A stretch of DNA of 64,000 nucleotides from the NCBI GenBank assembly GCA_951406725.2, contig OX597816.1:87482001-87546000 (forward strand), written 5' to 3'. The notes beneath the pieces are model-generated. The model did not search any database, was not told the origin of the DNA, and was given only the letters and a program-made list of their open reading frames with translations. Source of the stretch: Octopus vulgaris. Taxonomy: Eukaryota. Every line of letters starts with the position of its first letter. The stretch's first letter is position 1. Below, piece after piece: positions 1 through 12,530 of the stretch. The translations under genes were made by a program, and so were the position numbers.

Positions 1-99
1 GTGTGGAGTATGACATAGGTGAAGATGTACTTAGCAATACAAATGGAAGGAACTTGTAGAAGACAAAGATATGAGAAGGAATGAAGGCTTATATCAAAA

Positions 100-315
100 T
101 GCTAAGGTAACCTTTGCATAGTCACTTCACTTGCTAGAAAAAATAGCTGCTAAATTCACTCAAATGACATACTACCATCTCAAATGACTTCCTATCACCA
201 TGTTGGATTAGGAGTTCTTGGATTTCTTGTATATAGGAAAAAGATGGTATGATTATGGCTGGAATGCCTTTAATGAGGGGTCTGCTTGATAAGGACTGAA
301 TTAGGGCTAAGAGAA
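100..315 (+). repeat. Interspersed repeat family E (old SINE or LINE 3' end with (CAA)n tail), degenerate copy
   Basis: Shares the blocks ctagaaatagc..aaat, ttggataatgtagtc, gatggtcatggctggaatgcctt and ggggctaa with copies at ~5625-5815, 7735-7915, 10745-10900, 32295-32510, 33945-34140, 58750-58945 and 60850-60965 (+), and ~12730-12850, 30530-30720, 31255-31480, 33560-33720, 53865-54060 and 58510-58680 (-). Confidence 0.6.
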
Positions 316-699
316 CTGAACATGTGGTGAGATTCTGTATTGAGTAGGGAAAATTCATCCAACCCATACAAGCAAAGAAACATCAAATGATATAATATAC
401 ATATATGCACCCCTCTATATATATGTTTGGGTATACATACAAGAGAAAGCTACTCAATACCTGTAGTAGAATTATTTGTTCAATGCTGATGATTTACTCT
501 CTCAGGACTCAGTATCTCACTGTGTGTTATGCTTGAGACACCAAAAAGATATTTTTTTATTTTCTGTTTATTTTCATCTTGTAGAACTGCACTTAACAAG
601 GAACTCTAGGAAGTGACAGAGTTAATTATCAGCTTTGAACAAATATATATTTGTGTATGTATCTTATCATCTTCAAACCAATATATATATATTTGTGTG

Positions 700-1700
700 T
701 GTGTGTATTTTATCAGTTTTATCTGCTCCTAAGTATTTATCATCTAATTCTCTGATTTTTGTGTCTGTAGTTAATTTAATGTATTCAGTTTTAGTTAATT
801 TGCTTCATATTTTAGTAGCTTTGGCACAATTGTCTCATCTTGTATTCATTTTTATGTCTTGTCTGAATTTCTGAACTAATTTCAGTTGGTCTACCAAATG
901 GGTATTGTTGGCTTGTAAAATCATTCATACAGTGTGCCTGTAATATCTATAGCTATTAATGGTTTTGTTCAACAGATTTACTAACAAAGTTAGAGCAAAG
1001 CAAAATAATAGGTGGGATAATGAAAGATTATTTTTCATATGGATATAATGCTGGTTTTAATTAGCTTCATTTTGCCTTGTAGTGATATTTTCATTTTCTG
1101 GTTTGACATGGCATGGTTGATGTATTTTGTTAGTTTATTCATATGAAGTGTCTCCAGTATCCAAGAATCTGGTGTCTTGGTAAATGCTTTTTGATAATCA
1201 ATCCAAGCCATACTAAAGTGTTCGTTTTTTCCTCTTTTCGCTATTATCTGTAACACATATAGGCTACCACTTTCAAGAAACCGACTGTCTGGGACATGGT
1301 TCATCATCAGGCTGGCCACATTACTAAAAAAAAAAAGAAGCAATTTTTCATTGAGCATACCATGCAAAAATTGCCCATGACTGGTCTATTATAATCCAGT
1401 GCTCTTTGCAACTATAAACTTCCTTTTGGCATCCTTTCTGCTCCTCTCCAAATAAGTGACTAGGTAACCTGTTGAGGGTATGTTATATAAAGGTTTCTTG
1501 TTTTTAACAATCAGTTATTGACTCATAGTTGTGCAGGGTCTCTGAAATTTGAACTTTTGGAGAATTAATATTATTTCACCTTAAGTAGCCATTCCAATAT
1601 TCATCATTTTGCTTACCAGTTCATTGAATGCTGCCAATATTGGTTTAGGTCAGGTGCTTCAGCCAGAACTTAGAAACCTTACTGTTCTTAACATCTTGGT
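700..1700 (-). mobile_element. Degenerate reverse-transcriptase fragment of an R4/Dong-like (RLE-type) non-LTR retrotransposon
   Basis: Minus-strand translation across frameshifts and stops gives motifs in the expected order: FWLKHLT (~1645-1665), EEQKGCQK..CKE (~1390-1450), MAWIDYQKAF..PDSWILETL (ORF 1035..1367), LSLSHLLFCFAL (~990-1030), and KFRQDIKM..DNCAKAT..KLTKTEYIKL..TKIRELDDKYLG (~720-875). These match R4/Dong RT motifs such as AWIDYKKAFDSVPH, EQKGC and DIKMEFGLDKCAK. Confidence 0.85.
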
Positions 1701-1980
1701 AGCTATGGTTAGCTATGCTTGCACTACTGTTACGTGTGTGTGTGTGCTTATATATATATATATATCAACAGACTTTCAACCACAACACATATTTTGATAT
1801 ATACTGAGTGGATTCTGCTACCTCGCATAGCCACAACAAGCAGAAAGGATGTGATCAAAACCGAAAATTTGAGTTTACAGAACGCAGAAACATTATTAAT
1901 ATACCACCTGATGAAACACAAGATCTCACAAAGCAGGGAAACTGTTACGAACCTGGAGAACTACATTGCATGGAAACAAC

Positions 1981-2141
1981 TCTTTTACTTGTTTCAGTCA
2001 TTTGCTGGAGCACCACTTTTAGTTGAGCAAATCGACCCCAGGACTTATTCTTTGTAAGCCTAGTACTTATTCTGTCGGTCTCTTTTTATTGACGCAAACA
2101 CACCAGCATCAGTTGCCAAGCTATGGTGGTGGGGAGAACAA

Positions 2142-2195
<54 letters not shown>

Positions 2196-2343
2196 GACAG
2201 GCTTCTTTCAGTTTCTGTCTGAAGGCTTTGGTCGGCCCGAGGCTATAGTAGAAAACACTTGCCCAAGGTACCACGCAGTGGGACTGAACCCAGAGCCATG
2301 TGGTTGGTAAGCTAGCGACTTACTACACAGCCACTCCTGCGCC
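1981..2343 (-). mobile_element. tRNA-derived CORE-type SINE, family A (octopus-type)
   Basis: Minus-strand head ggcgcaggagtggctgtgtagtaag..gggttcagtccc carries Pol III A/B boxes. It is followed by CORE-like ccttgggcaagt, an internal (TA)/(TG) microsatellite and the tail gactgaaacaagtaaaaga. Confidence 0.9.
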
Positions 2344-3672
2344 TATAACTGTAGTGATTACAAATAAATATTCCTCTGTATTCCTTCTTGTTGATTCCAA
2401 CTTATTCAATTATTCATTCACACCTTACAGAAGCCCCAACACAAATCTGGTGGTTGGTATAATAAATACTACTGTTGGATATCACTTGGTGAAATCTGAA
2501 AGTGAATGAACTTTATACTGTACTCTACTATGTTCTTAACAGATTATAACCTAACTATATATACATGTGTATGTATATATATATAAATATAAAACCCAAC
2601 ATGCTTTTGTATTGTGCCAAATGTTTTTGTTCCATATTTTCTCTCTAAGCTTGAATTTTCTTTGATATTGGTGTGTTCTCCTTCAGTGTAATTTTTTTTT
2701 CTTTTGTCCTTGAAACATTTGTTGGTATTTGATTTTAAAAATTTGTTCTGGAAGAAAAGCACATGTTCTTTGAAGCATCTTACTTTGTATCCCTATGGTG
2801 ATATGATTTAAGAATTCTTTTTACTTCCATAGGAAAGGTTTTCTTTTTTGTCTATTTGAAATTATTTTTTGTTATTTGGGTATTTTTTAATGTGGTGGAT
2901 CTGTCTTTTTCTATTTCACTAAGTAGTGGCATATCTTTTATTTCTTTTCGTTTTATTTTCAGTTCTGTCATTTATTTTGTTTCCATTATTTTTACATTTT
3001 GAAGTTTGGGTAAAGCTGGTCCTACTTTGTTAGCATCAAATCTGGTTTTTCTCAAGACTACCCTTTTTTGGAAAAAATAAAATTTTCTTTTCTTTAAAGA
3101 AGAAAAAGTTCTTATACTTACATATTTTCAATATGGCTTCTTTCACTAGAAGGGCAGTAAATTGTATTAACAAGAAAAGAGTAGCACAGGATGTGTCCCT
3201 CCCTTAGGAATGATATACTGAAGAATTTTTAAAGACATGAAAATAGGTTTAAAAACAATAAACAGAAATAAAATGACAAGGAAACAAACAGATATGCTTG
3301 CAATTAGTGTACAATATGACAACCAAAAATGCAATGTTACACAAAAATAATTCAAACTTGTACAGCATTTAGAAGAGTACTAAGAACAACTTTGCCAGCA
3401 TTATATGCCAAAAGGGGAACTTTATGTATAAACTGAATCCAGTTACAGAAAAAAACAAAACAAAAAAAAACTGACAGTTATATCACAAAATGGTGTACCT
3501 CTTTACCTAAATATTCTTTGCAATTGGAAAAGTATTATTGCTTACCACAAGGTTATTGTTGAGTTGACATTAGAAACTTTAAATTTTTTTTCCTCAGATA
3601 TAACCCTTACTTTTAACTAAAGTGAAAAATATGAATACATCCCTATTTTGTCTGTATATTGATAGTTTAGAT

Positions 3673-3935
3673 CAGTAGTTCCCAAACTTTTTCGAGCTGC
3701 CACCCGCTTGGCACCCCGGTCATATTCCTAGCACCTCTCCTCACTCACCACCGCAAATATAGACTATTTTCTGCAGCAAATTCAAAACAACTGTTTTTCA
3801 CAAATAAAACTTAACCTAATTAAACCATTATTTTGTTGTTTTTTACATCCATTGCCTCCTTTTGGCCATCCCATTATCACCCTCACTTAACTCCAATACC
3901 CCACCCCCAGATCTTTCCCCAGGGGGAAACTACTT
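3673..3935. mobile_element. hAT-type MITE
   Basis: TIRs cagtagttccc ... gggaaactact; degenerate 8-bp flanks gtttagat / ttctaggt resemble the NTCTAGAN target. Confidence 0.6.
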
Positions 3936-3951
3936 TCTAGGTTAGTTAGAT

Positions 3952-4210
3952 CAATGGTTCTCAACCATTTATTTTCCTATGGATCCCTTTGATTCCAATT
4001 TTACTCCACTCAATCCTAATAAACATTCAACGTTTAAGAAAATTCCGTCATAGTTTTATAATATTAGGAATTATCTAAAAATATTGCTAAAATTTGAGCA
4101 ATAAATTGGTCATACTTCAGAAATACACGAAATATTTCAACAGTAAAATCTTATGTAGACCCACCACCACCACCACCAAGGGTCATGTAGACCATGGTTG
4201 AGAGCCACTG
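3952..4210. mobile_element. hAT (Charlie/MER5-like) MITE
   Basis: TIRs caatggttctcaacc ... ggttgagagccactg; 8-bp TSD agttagat (3944-3951) / atttagat (4211-4218). A related copy lies at 23969-24296. Confidence 0.8.
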
Positions 4211-5829
4211 ATTTAGATAAAATAGATTTAACATGGTGTCTCTTTGGATTCTAAGTTCAAATCATGCCGTGATCAACTTTACCATTTATTCTCTCACAGG
4301 GCAATAACAAGAATAATTATTAAGTTCTGCTGTTCATTTAATTGACCATTTATCTGTGACCTTATACCGCCATTAGAATCTTGCTCTTTGACACCATTCT
4401 CTTAAAGGGTTTATTGATATCTCTTTACATTCTCGGTCCTCATCCTGCTGTGGTCAACTTCACTTTTATTTCTTCTGAGGATTTTGGGATGGATGGGGGG
4501 TACGATATAAATAGATACCAGTAATGTACTATTTGTCAGTTTTATTGACTATAAAATTGATCTAGCTCTTATGCTAGAAACTGCTGTCTTGTACTATTTT
4601 ATTACGAAACTTCATACGAAAATAGCCTTACAAGAACAGGATAATAAGTCTATTATGGAAATTCGGCTTTACAGTTGCAGAGCTGTATTAGTGAGGAAGT
4701 GAAAATAAGAAATTTTGTTCCTCACGCACATCTCTCTCCCTCTCTCTCTTTCTCTTCTCCCCTCTTTTTCACTGCTGGAATTTGGAATCTCCTTTCAAGA
4801 AATTCACTTAAGTCAAGTCAAGTCAAGTCAGACTTCAGCTTCAGCTCGTCTTACCTTCATGCTATCCTTTTTCTTTTTAATACCTTCAGTTGGATACATC
4901 CATCACATCATACAAATCATCATTTTCCATCCTTCTTTGCTCTGTTCTCTCTCTTTCTCCCCCCCTCCCCCCGCTTCTTTTCCTTCTATTTCATATTCCA
5001 CCCCACTTCCTTCTTTCTGTTTCTGCCGATGATTTATTTAATAAGAAAAACTTTTTTTTTTTCCCAGTGATCTTATTCCCTCCTATATTCTCCCCACCCC
5101 CATCCACTTCCCCTCCAATCTCCTTCAACAGTCTTATTCTTCTAAAATCATGTCATTTATTCATATTCTTTTTCTTTTTTTTTTTTTGTATGGCTTCTTG
5201 CAATCTTCTGCTCAGTTTTGCAGATATCTTTCTTCATTTCGTTCCAGTTTCTTTCTTCACTATTATTTCTTTTCACTTTCTGCATCTTTACCTTTTATTC
5301 CCTTTCTTTTTTCTCTTTCATTTATCTTATTCCAGCCTTGTTCATTATCCTTCTTTCATTTTCATTCACTTTCCTTCTTCATTTTTTAAAAAATCTTATT
5401 CCTGTCACCCTATCTCTTTTTTATATTTCTTACCAATTTTTCCCCAAATTTTTTCGTTCTTCATTTGATTTCTTTCATTTTTATTTTGCAACAAGTTTTC
5501 CTTTCATTTTCTTCCTCCTTATTCCTCATTCTTTATTTTCTTCATAGTTATTTTTTCTTTTCCTTCTGCACATTTCTTCTCTCAATTTTTTTTTCTACCT
5601 GATATTAGAACCTAATCCAGCAATGGAGCCTCTAAGTAACTGTTCAGCCTGCTAGAAATAGCAACTAAATCTCCTTTGGATCACCTCATGATGTCTTCCT
5701 TTTGAAAGAAGGGACACACATTGAACAGTTTAGTCCTTGATATACAAAACAATGGAATGGTCTTGGCCAGAACATCCTTACATCAATGCTTTGCTGAAAC
5801 AAGGTTGACCAAGAGCAGTATTGCAACTC

Positions 5830-6215
5830 CTACTACTATTGTTACAGTACCACAACCACCACCACCACTGCTGCTGCTACTACTATTTATATTAGTAATG
5901 GTAGTTGAGGTGGTGGTAGTAGTAGTAGTAGTAGTAGCAGCAGCAGCAGCAGCTATTAGTAGTAGCAGCAGCAGCTATTAGTAGTAGTAGCAGCAGGTAG
6001 TAGTAGTAGTAGTAGTAGCTATTAGTAGTAGTAGTAGTAGTAGTAGAAGTAGTAATAGCTATTAGTAATAGTAGTAGTAGTAATAATAGTAGTAGCTATT
6101 AGTAGTAGTGGTAGTGGTGGTAGTAATATTAGTAATAGTAGTACTACTGCTGCTGCTACTACTACTACTACTACTACTACTAAGCCTTTACTGTTACTAT
6201 TCTACAATTACTACT
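5830..6215. repeat. Compound trinucleotide microsatellite (ACT/ACC/CTG)-(GTA/GCA)-(ACT/CTG)
   Basis: Seen directly; the orientation switches at ~5890 and ~6142. Confidence 0.95.
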
Positions 6216-7299
6216 ACACTTTACTTTCTATCTCCTTCCTTTACCTTTTCCTGCTGTATTTGGCCTCTACATCCACCCCCACCCCTAACACTATCACCTT
6301 TGCTAACAGATTTCTCCTCTCCATCTTTTCCTTTCAGAGCCCTACACTTCCATCAATAGAATGTTTTTTTTTTTTATTTTTGTTTCTTGTTTTGTTTTTT
6401 TTTTTTCTTTATCAACTTAAACATTTCACAATTTTCTATTGATAAACTCCCACATAACATCACACACACCAAACACATTGCACTTGTCTGCTAAACACAC
6501 ATACATACATATAAACACATGCACACACACACACACACACACGTGCATGTGCATATATGTGGCATGCGCACGTATTTTTGCATGCTCGCTCACATGTGCA
6601 TACGCATACATAAATATATGTAATCTGACACCTGCATGTACGAGTGCCTACATAAATGCATGCTACGCATGCATGCATACATGAATATATATATGCACTC
6701 TTGTGCACATATATATACTCATACATACAGTACCATCTTCCTATCTTAAATACACAAAAATGCATGCGTGCGCAGACACATACACACACACACATGCACA
6801 CACACACTCTGAAAGCCAACTTCATATTTGATGCATGCACACATCAACACGCATTGCTATATTTTTATTTAATTTCAGTACAATCATTTTTTTAGCACTT
6901 TTAAATTATTTTACCATCTCTCCTACCCATTTACATCTCTCTCCCTCCCTCCTCTTCCCCCGCAACCACCTTTTTTTTCTTCTTTATTTCCCCCCCCCCC
7001 TCCTTATTTATATATTATTTATTCCTTCTGATATTGAAATTTTTCTCTGCCTTCCTCTGCAATGTTTGATTTATGAAACACCCACTCATACTCTTACATT
7101 TTATACATACATGTGTGTATGTAAGAGAAAGAAAGAGAGAGACAGAGAGAGAGATACAAAGATAGACAGATGCACATGTATCTTTCTTTTTATTATAAGA
7201 TAGTGTTTTTTCTTATTACTCTTATCTCTTTCATCATTTTATTGGTCTCCTGAGTGTGTAATTAGTTATGTCTAATTATCTAGCAATTTATATGTATAT

Positions 7300-7489
7300 T
7301 TGTCTGTAGATATTTATGTTTTTATCTATCTCTATATGTATATCTATCTATATGTATTTATATTTCTATATCTATCTATCTACCTCCATGTAATATCTGT
7401 ATGTATATATATCTCTATCTGTTGCATATCTATCTCTTTCTCTATGATTATCTATCTATCTCCATCTATCTATCCATCCATCTTTATCC

Positions 7490-7536
<47 letters not shown>

Positions 7537-7727
7537 ATCTATTTATCCATATATCTATCTATATCCATCTATCTGTCATCCATCCATATCTATCCATGTA
7601 TCTATCTATATATCTATCTATATCTATCCATTTATCTATATCTATCAATCCATCTATCTATATCTATCCATCCATCTATCTATATTTATCAATCTCTCTA
7701 TATCTATCTATCCATCTATCTATTCAT
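7300..7727. repeat. Degenerate (TATC)n/(TCCA)n tetranucleotide array
   Basis: Seen directly. Confidence 0.95.
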
Positions 7728-7920
7728 CTGAAGCCAAGGGAACCTCCTTGATCTTATAGAAGTAGGAGTCAAATATCAAATCACACCTTACCATCTGAGA
7801 AAGAGTTGCATTAGACAATGTTGACTCAGGTTCCTTGCATTTTGGTAAAAGAACGGTTTGGCCACATTGGAATGTTTTTGGCCATAGTTTTTCTTGATCA
7901 AGACTGACCTGGAGCATATT

Positions 7921-8281
7921 CTTTATTCTTTACTTGTTTCAGCTTTTGTACTGTGACCCAAGTTCAGGCACTACCTTGAAGGGTTTAGTTGCACAAATCC
8001 ATCTTAGTACTTATTTCTAAGCCTGCGACTTATTTTATTGGTCTGTTATGTTACAAGGATGTAAACAAACCAGCACCGGTTGTCAAACAGTGGTGGGAGT
8101 CAAAACAACTCACACACATTCATACACACAAAGGGCTTCTGTCTACGAAATCCATTTACAAGGGTTTGGTTGGTCTAGGGCTATAGTGGAAGACATTTTC
8201 CCAAGGTGCTGCATGGTGGAGCTGAACTCGAGACCACATAGTTGAGAAGCAAGCTTCTTATCACACAGCCACACCTGCACC
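7921..8281 (-). mobile_element. SINE family A, diverged copy
   Basis: Same head, CORE, microsatellite and tail order as 48816-49234, with many CpG-to-TpG changes. Confidence 0.85.
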
Positions 8282-9049
8282 TAGATGTAGACAATCTCTA
8301 GTTTCCCATGATGCTTGATTTTGTTTTTTTCTTCAGGTGTCGCAGTCTATTCATCCATTTATTGATACTACCTGTGGTATCTCTGTCTGTCTGTCCTCTC
8401 ACTGCTATGTTCTTTGTCTGTCTACCTGTTAGTCTGTCTTCTGTCTTCCTGCCTATATATACCTCTACCTACCCATTTATCCATCTATTCAATCTTTTAC
8501 CTACTCTATCCATCCATTCATCCACCCATCTTTCAATCACTCAAAACCTTATTAATCTGACCCCACTACCACCACCACCACACACACATGCACTCCACTC
8601 CCTACCTTTTTTTATAGCTAATACTTCCAATATCACATTCCACCACTTTCTTTTACAAGACTGCAACCAAGATGATGATAATATTAATCATAGATGTATT
8701 TTTCTTCTTCTTCTTCTTTTCCCTCCTCTTCCCCAGAATGTCTCTTAACGGTTCCCTGGTCACCTGAGAATCCCCAAACTGTCTTGAAACTGTCAGTTCT
8801 GAACTCCATAAACCTTTTCTGTTTTATGGGGATGTTAAGTATGAGCGAGTGAGGAATGGATGTGTGGCTGTGATTCTGATGAAAGTTCCCCTCTTTTGTT
8901 CATCTCCCATTTTTTTAGCAACTCCTTGTTGATGTTTTTGCCGTTTATTTATCATATTTTAATTATTTATTTATTTGATTTGATTTTTCGCTGCCTGCCC
9001 CCTCTCACTCTCTCTTTCTCTCATTCTATGTCTTAATGGGGAAACTTGA

Positions 9050-9111
<62 letters not shown>

Positions 9112-9120
9112 ATATATATA

Positions 9121-9152
<32 letters not shown>

Positions 9153-9285
9153 TATACATATATATATGTATTGTGTGTATGTGTGAGGGAGAGAGAGAGA
9201 GTATTCAATTTGTCCCTTGTGTCTCACTATTTCATTCTCTCTGCTGTATGCATGTCATCTTATTAACATCTTGTTTTTTCTCATG

Positions 9286-9336
<51 letters not shown>

Positions 9337-9936
9337 TATATAGTGTGTGTAGCACATGTACATACATCATCCTCTATCACTCTTTTTCCTCTTCTACTTG
9401 TGTAATATGCTTTACTTTCTCTTTTCTTATTCTCTCTTTCTCTCTCTCCTTGTTTTTCTTCTTCTTTTACCTCCCTGCTGTCCTCTCACCACCTGGTTTC
9501 AGTGATGTAAACTGCTTTGAAGCTAATGAAATCACAACACATCTCACATGTACATTAACACACACACACCATCATCACCATCATCATTGTGTGTATATAT
9601 ATGTGTGTGTGCATGCATGCAGTGACATACTTGTGCTTACCACTCTTACCATGCACTTCAAATGCACAAATGGGAAACTGAAATATACACACACACACAC
9701 ACACGTATAAAAAGTGCTTTTGTATAATCTGTGTTTCTCACATACACACACACACATACATAAACACAAATATTCGTGTGTATTCTTTATCTTACGCTTG
9801 TTCATTTGTGCCACTAAGACACTCAGCAATTTACACGCACATACAGAATCAATCTGATATGCCAAAAAGAACATTTGTTCAATCCAAGCCAGCATGGAAA
9901 ATGGACATTAGAACATTGTAGTTGTGATACTTACGT

Positions 9937-9968
<32 letters not shown>

Positions 9969-11219
9969 ACAATGACGAATGCCGCCGCCACCCCCACCTC
10001 CTCTATCATCACCACCATCAGCTCTATCTGGAAGAATGCTATTATCACTCTGAAGACTAACTCTCAGATTTGAATTTGCTCTGTAGTTGTGAGCAGATTT
10101 GAAAGCAAAGCTATGTTAATGCTTCTATTGCGGCTTAAGACTGCAAGGAAGATTTTGCTTTTGTGCATTTTGGAAGCTAATAAAACACTCGGCAATTTTT
10201 CGGTGCTGAATCTATTCGTAGTATTAAATTCTTCTGCATTTTCTTATCTACTTATACTTAGACGTATTGCACTTTTTCTGGGATAAATGACTTGGTTTTT
10301 GTCATAATCCCACCCAATCTTAATCCTTGAATTCCCCAAACTGCATACATTTGTACTAAATACCCGTGACGATATCAGTGCGACCAGAGTTTCCTGATAT
10401 TTATCCCAACAAGCCTGCTATTTACTTCATCTTCTTACTGTGTGTCCAGACCACAACTATCTGTAAAGACTTGCCTCGCCAGCATATTCATATATTCATC
10501 TAAATAAGCAAGCAAGTGATGTGCTTTTAATGAAAGCACTTATCTCTCTTCCTCTCATCACCAGTACTGTGTCTGAGCTGTTCCAGACAACTTGTGCTAA
10601 ACCTTTCTTCAACTACTTGTGCATCTTGGCTCTGTGTTCTTAGAGATTTTTTCTCTAGCCCATATTTTCTCTGTAAATAGTGACCAACCAGCTGAAAACG
10701 TCTACTACATGAATAAAACAATCCTAGAATGGCCTGCAAAATGCTCAGTCAATGGACACACTATCTGATATAGGGGTATCTGGTTGCTAGAAATAGTAAC
10801 AAGATAGATTCCCCCTCTAGTCATATCCTGCATTTTAAAGGACACATTGGATAATGTAGTTCTGGATATTCTATACCTGAAAAATAAACAAAGTGTAATG
10901 GCTATGTTTATCACGACTCAGGTGGGGTTAAGTACACGTAATGTACTGGATTCAATTTCCTTTACAAATTTTTGGTTTTGCATCAATGTGAGAAATATAT
11001 TGTTGCAGTATCGTGTTCCTCACTTCTCCCTCCCACATTCACACATTTACCAGTCAGCAAGGACGGAACTGATCTATAGGTAACATGTAGATACTGGTGT
11101 CACGCAGCTAGCACCTGTGTTGGTGGCATGTAAAAGCACCTATTACACTCTCAGACTGGTTGGTGTCAGGAAGAGCATCAAGCCTTAGAAACCATGCCAG
11201 CATGGGTAACAGACTTTAG

Positions 11220-11436
11220 CCCTTCAGTATTTAAACCAGCCATATCCGGCCAAAATAGTTAATCTGTTTTATATTCAAACTGACCAGATCCAGGCTCTCA
11301 CACTCACCTTACAATGTTATTCTACATTAAATAATTACACCATCAACATCTTGAAGATGAGACAATGCATGATTAATTCAAATCAATGTGAATCAATAGG
11401 CATTATATTTGATAGAATAATCTGAACACTAAAGGG
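11220..11436. mobile_element. piggyBac-type MITE
   Basis: TIRs cccttcagtattt ... aacactaaaggg, flanked by ttag / ttaa. An inverted homologue lies at 45250-45551. Confidence 0.75.
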
Positions 11437-11539
11437 TTAAATGATGATGATAATGAAGTAGGTAGTTATAGCTGTCTAGTTCTAGGTTGTGTGCGCGGGT
11501 ATATGTCTGTGTGTGCATGCCTGTGTGCGTGCATTGACA

Positions 11540-11680
11540 AAAGGGACTGTAAGGACAAATACTAGGCTTGATAAAATCAAGTACTAGGGTCAATTCATTT
11601 GACTAAAATAATTCTTCAAGGTGGTGTCTCAGCATAGCTGCAGACTGAAACTAACAAAAAAACAAAAAAATATATAAAAG
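11540..11680 (+). mobile_element. SINE family A, 3' fragment
   Basis: tactaggctt..aagtactagggtcaattcatttgactaaa..ggtggtgtctcagcatagctgcag..actgaaac matches the family A tail. Confidence 0.7.
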
Positions 11681-12127
11681 ATTTAGTACATCTTGTGTGT
11701 GCAGTTAGATATATATACAACTGCCACTGGTGAGGTCTCAGCTCTGTAGATTATTGTCATCAAATCTACTTGTAGTATAGTGCTTCGGTTACTGCTAATA
11801 CTTAGTAGTTTTATTGGTTATGATATCCAAGTAAATGTAGGAGGCTTACGATTTACACAAATTTTTGTCATTTGTTCTATCAAAATATTTCACCTTTGTG
11901 GCTGTTTCAAATGCCTGCGTTGGATGTTCGAGTGCTGTTGGATGCTTAACCACTACAGATCATCTGGGGAACACTTTATTTGCATTATGTTACAGAGATT
12001 AAATTTCTGTCTGTCTGTTTGTGTGTCCAGCCATCCATCCATCCAGCCAGCCAGCCACAAGCAAGCAGGTAGCCAAATGCCTTGGTGCAATATACTGATT
12101 CATTATTCCATGAAGTGTGTACCATAG

Positions 12128-12530
12128 CTCGTTTACTCTTTTACTTGTTTCAGTCATTTGACTGTGGCCATGCTGGAGCACTGCCTTTAGTCGAGCAACT
12201 TGACCCCAGGACTTATTCTTTGTGAGCCCAGTACTTATTCTATCAGTTTCTTTTGCTGAACCGCTAAGTTACAGGGATGTAAACACACCACCATCGGTTG
12301 TCAAGCGATGTTGGGGGGACAAACATAGACACACACATACACACACACACATATATATATATACATATGACGGGCTTCTTTCAGTTTCCTTCTACCAAAT
12401 CCACTCACAAGGCTTTGGTCGGCTCGAGGCTATAGTAGAAGACACTTGCCTAAGGTGCCACACAGTGGGACTGAACCCACAACCATGTGGCTGGTAAGCA
12501 AGCTACTTACCACACAGCCACTCCTACGTC
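12128..12530 (-). mobile_element. SINE family A, full length
   Basis: All modules present, with high similarity to 48816-49234. Confidence 0.95.

Noticed and set aside
2590-3160. A-rich minus-strand stretch that might be a decayed Penelope ORF
   Set aside because: No RT or GIY-YIG motif could be recovered by eye.
4675-5547. Phe/Leu/Ser-rich ORFs resembling membrane proteins (also 25540-26094, 35882-36486, 37899-39585)
   Set aside because: Pyrimidine-rich low-complexity DNA lacks stops; the ORFs overlap in multiple frames and show no domain.
8320-8440. Strong plus-strand acceptor ttttcttcag at 8336
   Set aside because: It is followed by (TCTG/TCCA)-like low-complexity sequence with no good donor or recognisable peptide.
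10265-10312. miR-92-like seed tattgcac next to a small hairpin
   Set aside because: The match is limited to the seed, and the hairpin does not include it as a pre-miRNA arm.
12222-12497. Recurrent peptide YQIHSQGFGRPEAIVEDTCPRCHAVGLNP in many ORFs, suggesting a gene family
   Set aside because: It is the antisense translation of the family A SINE.
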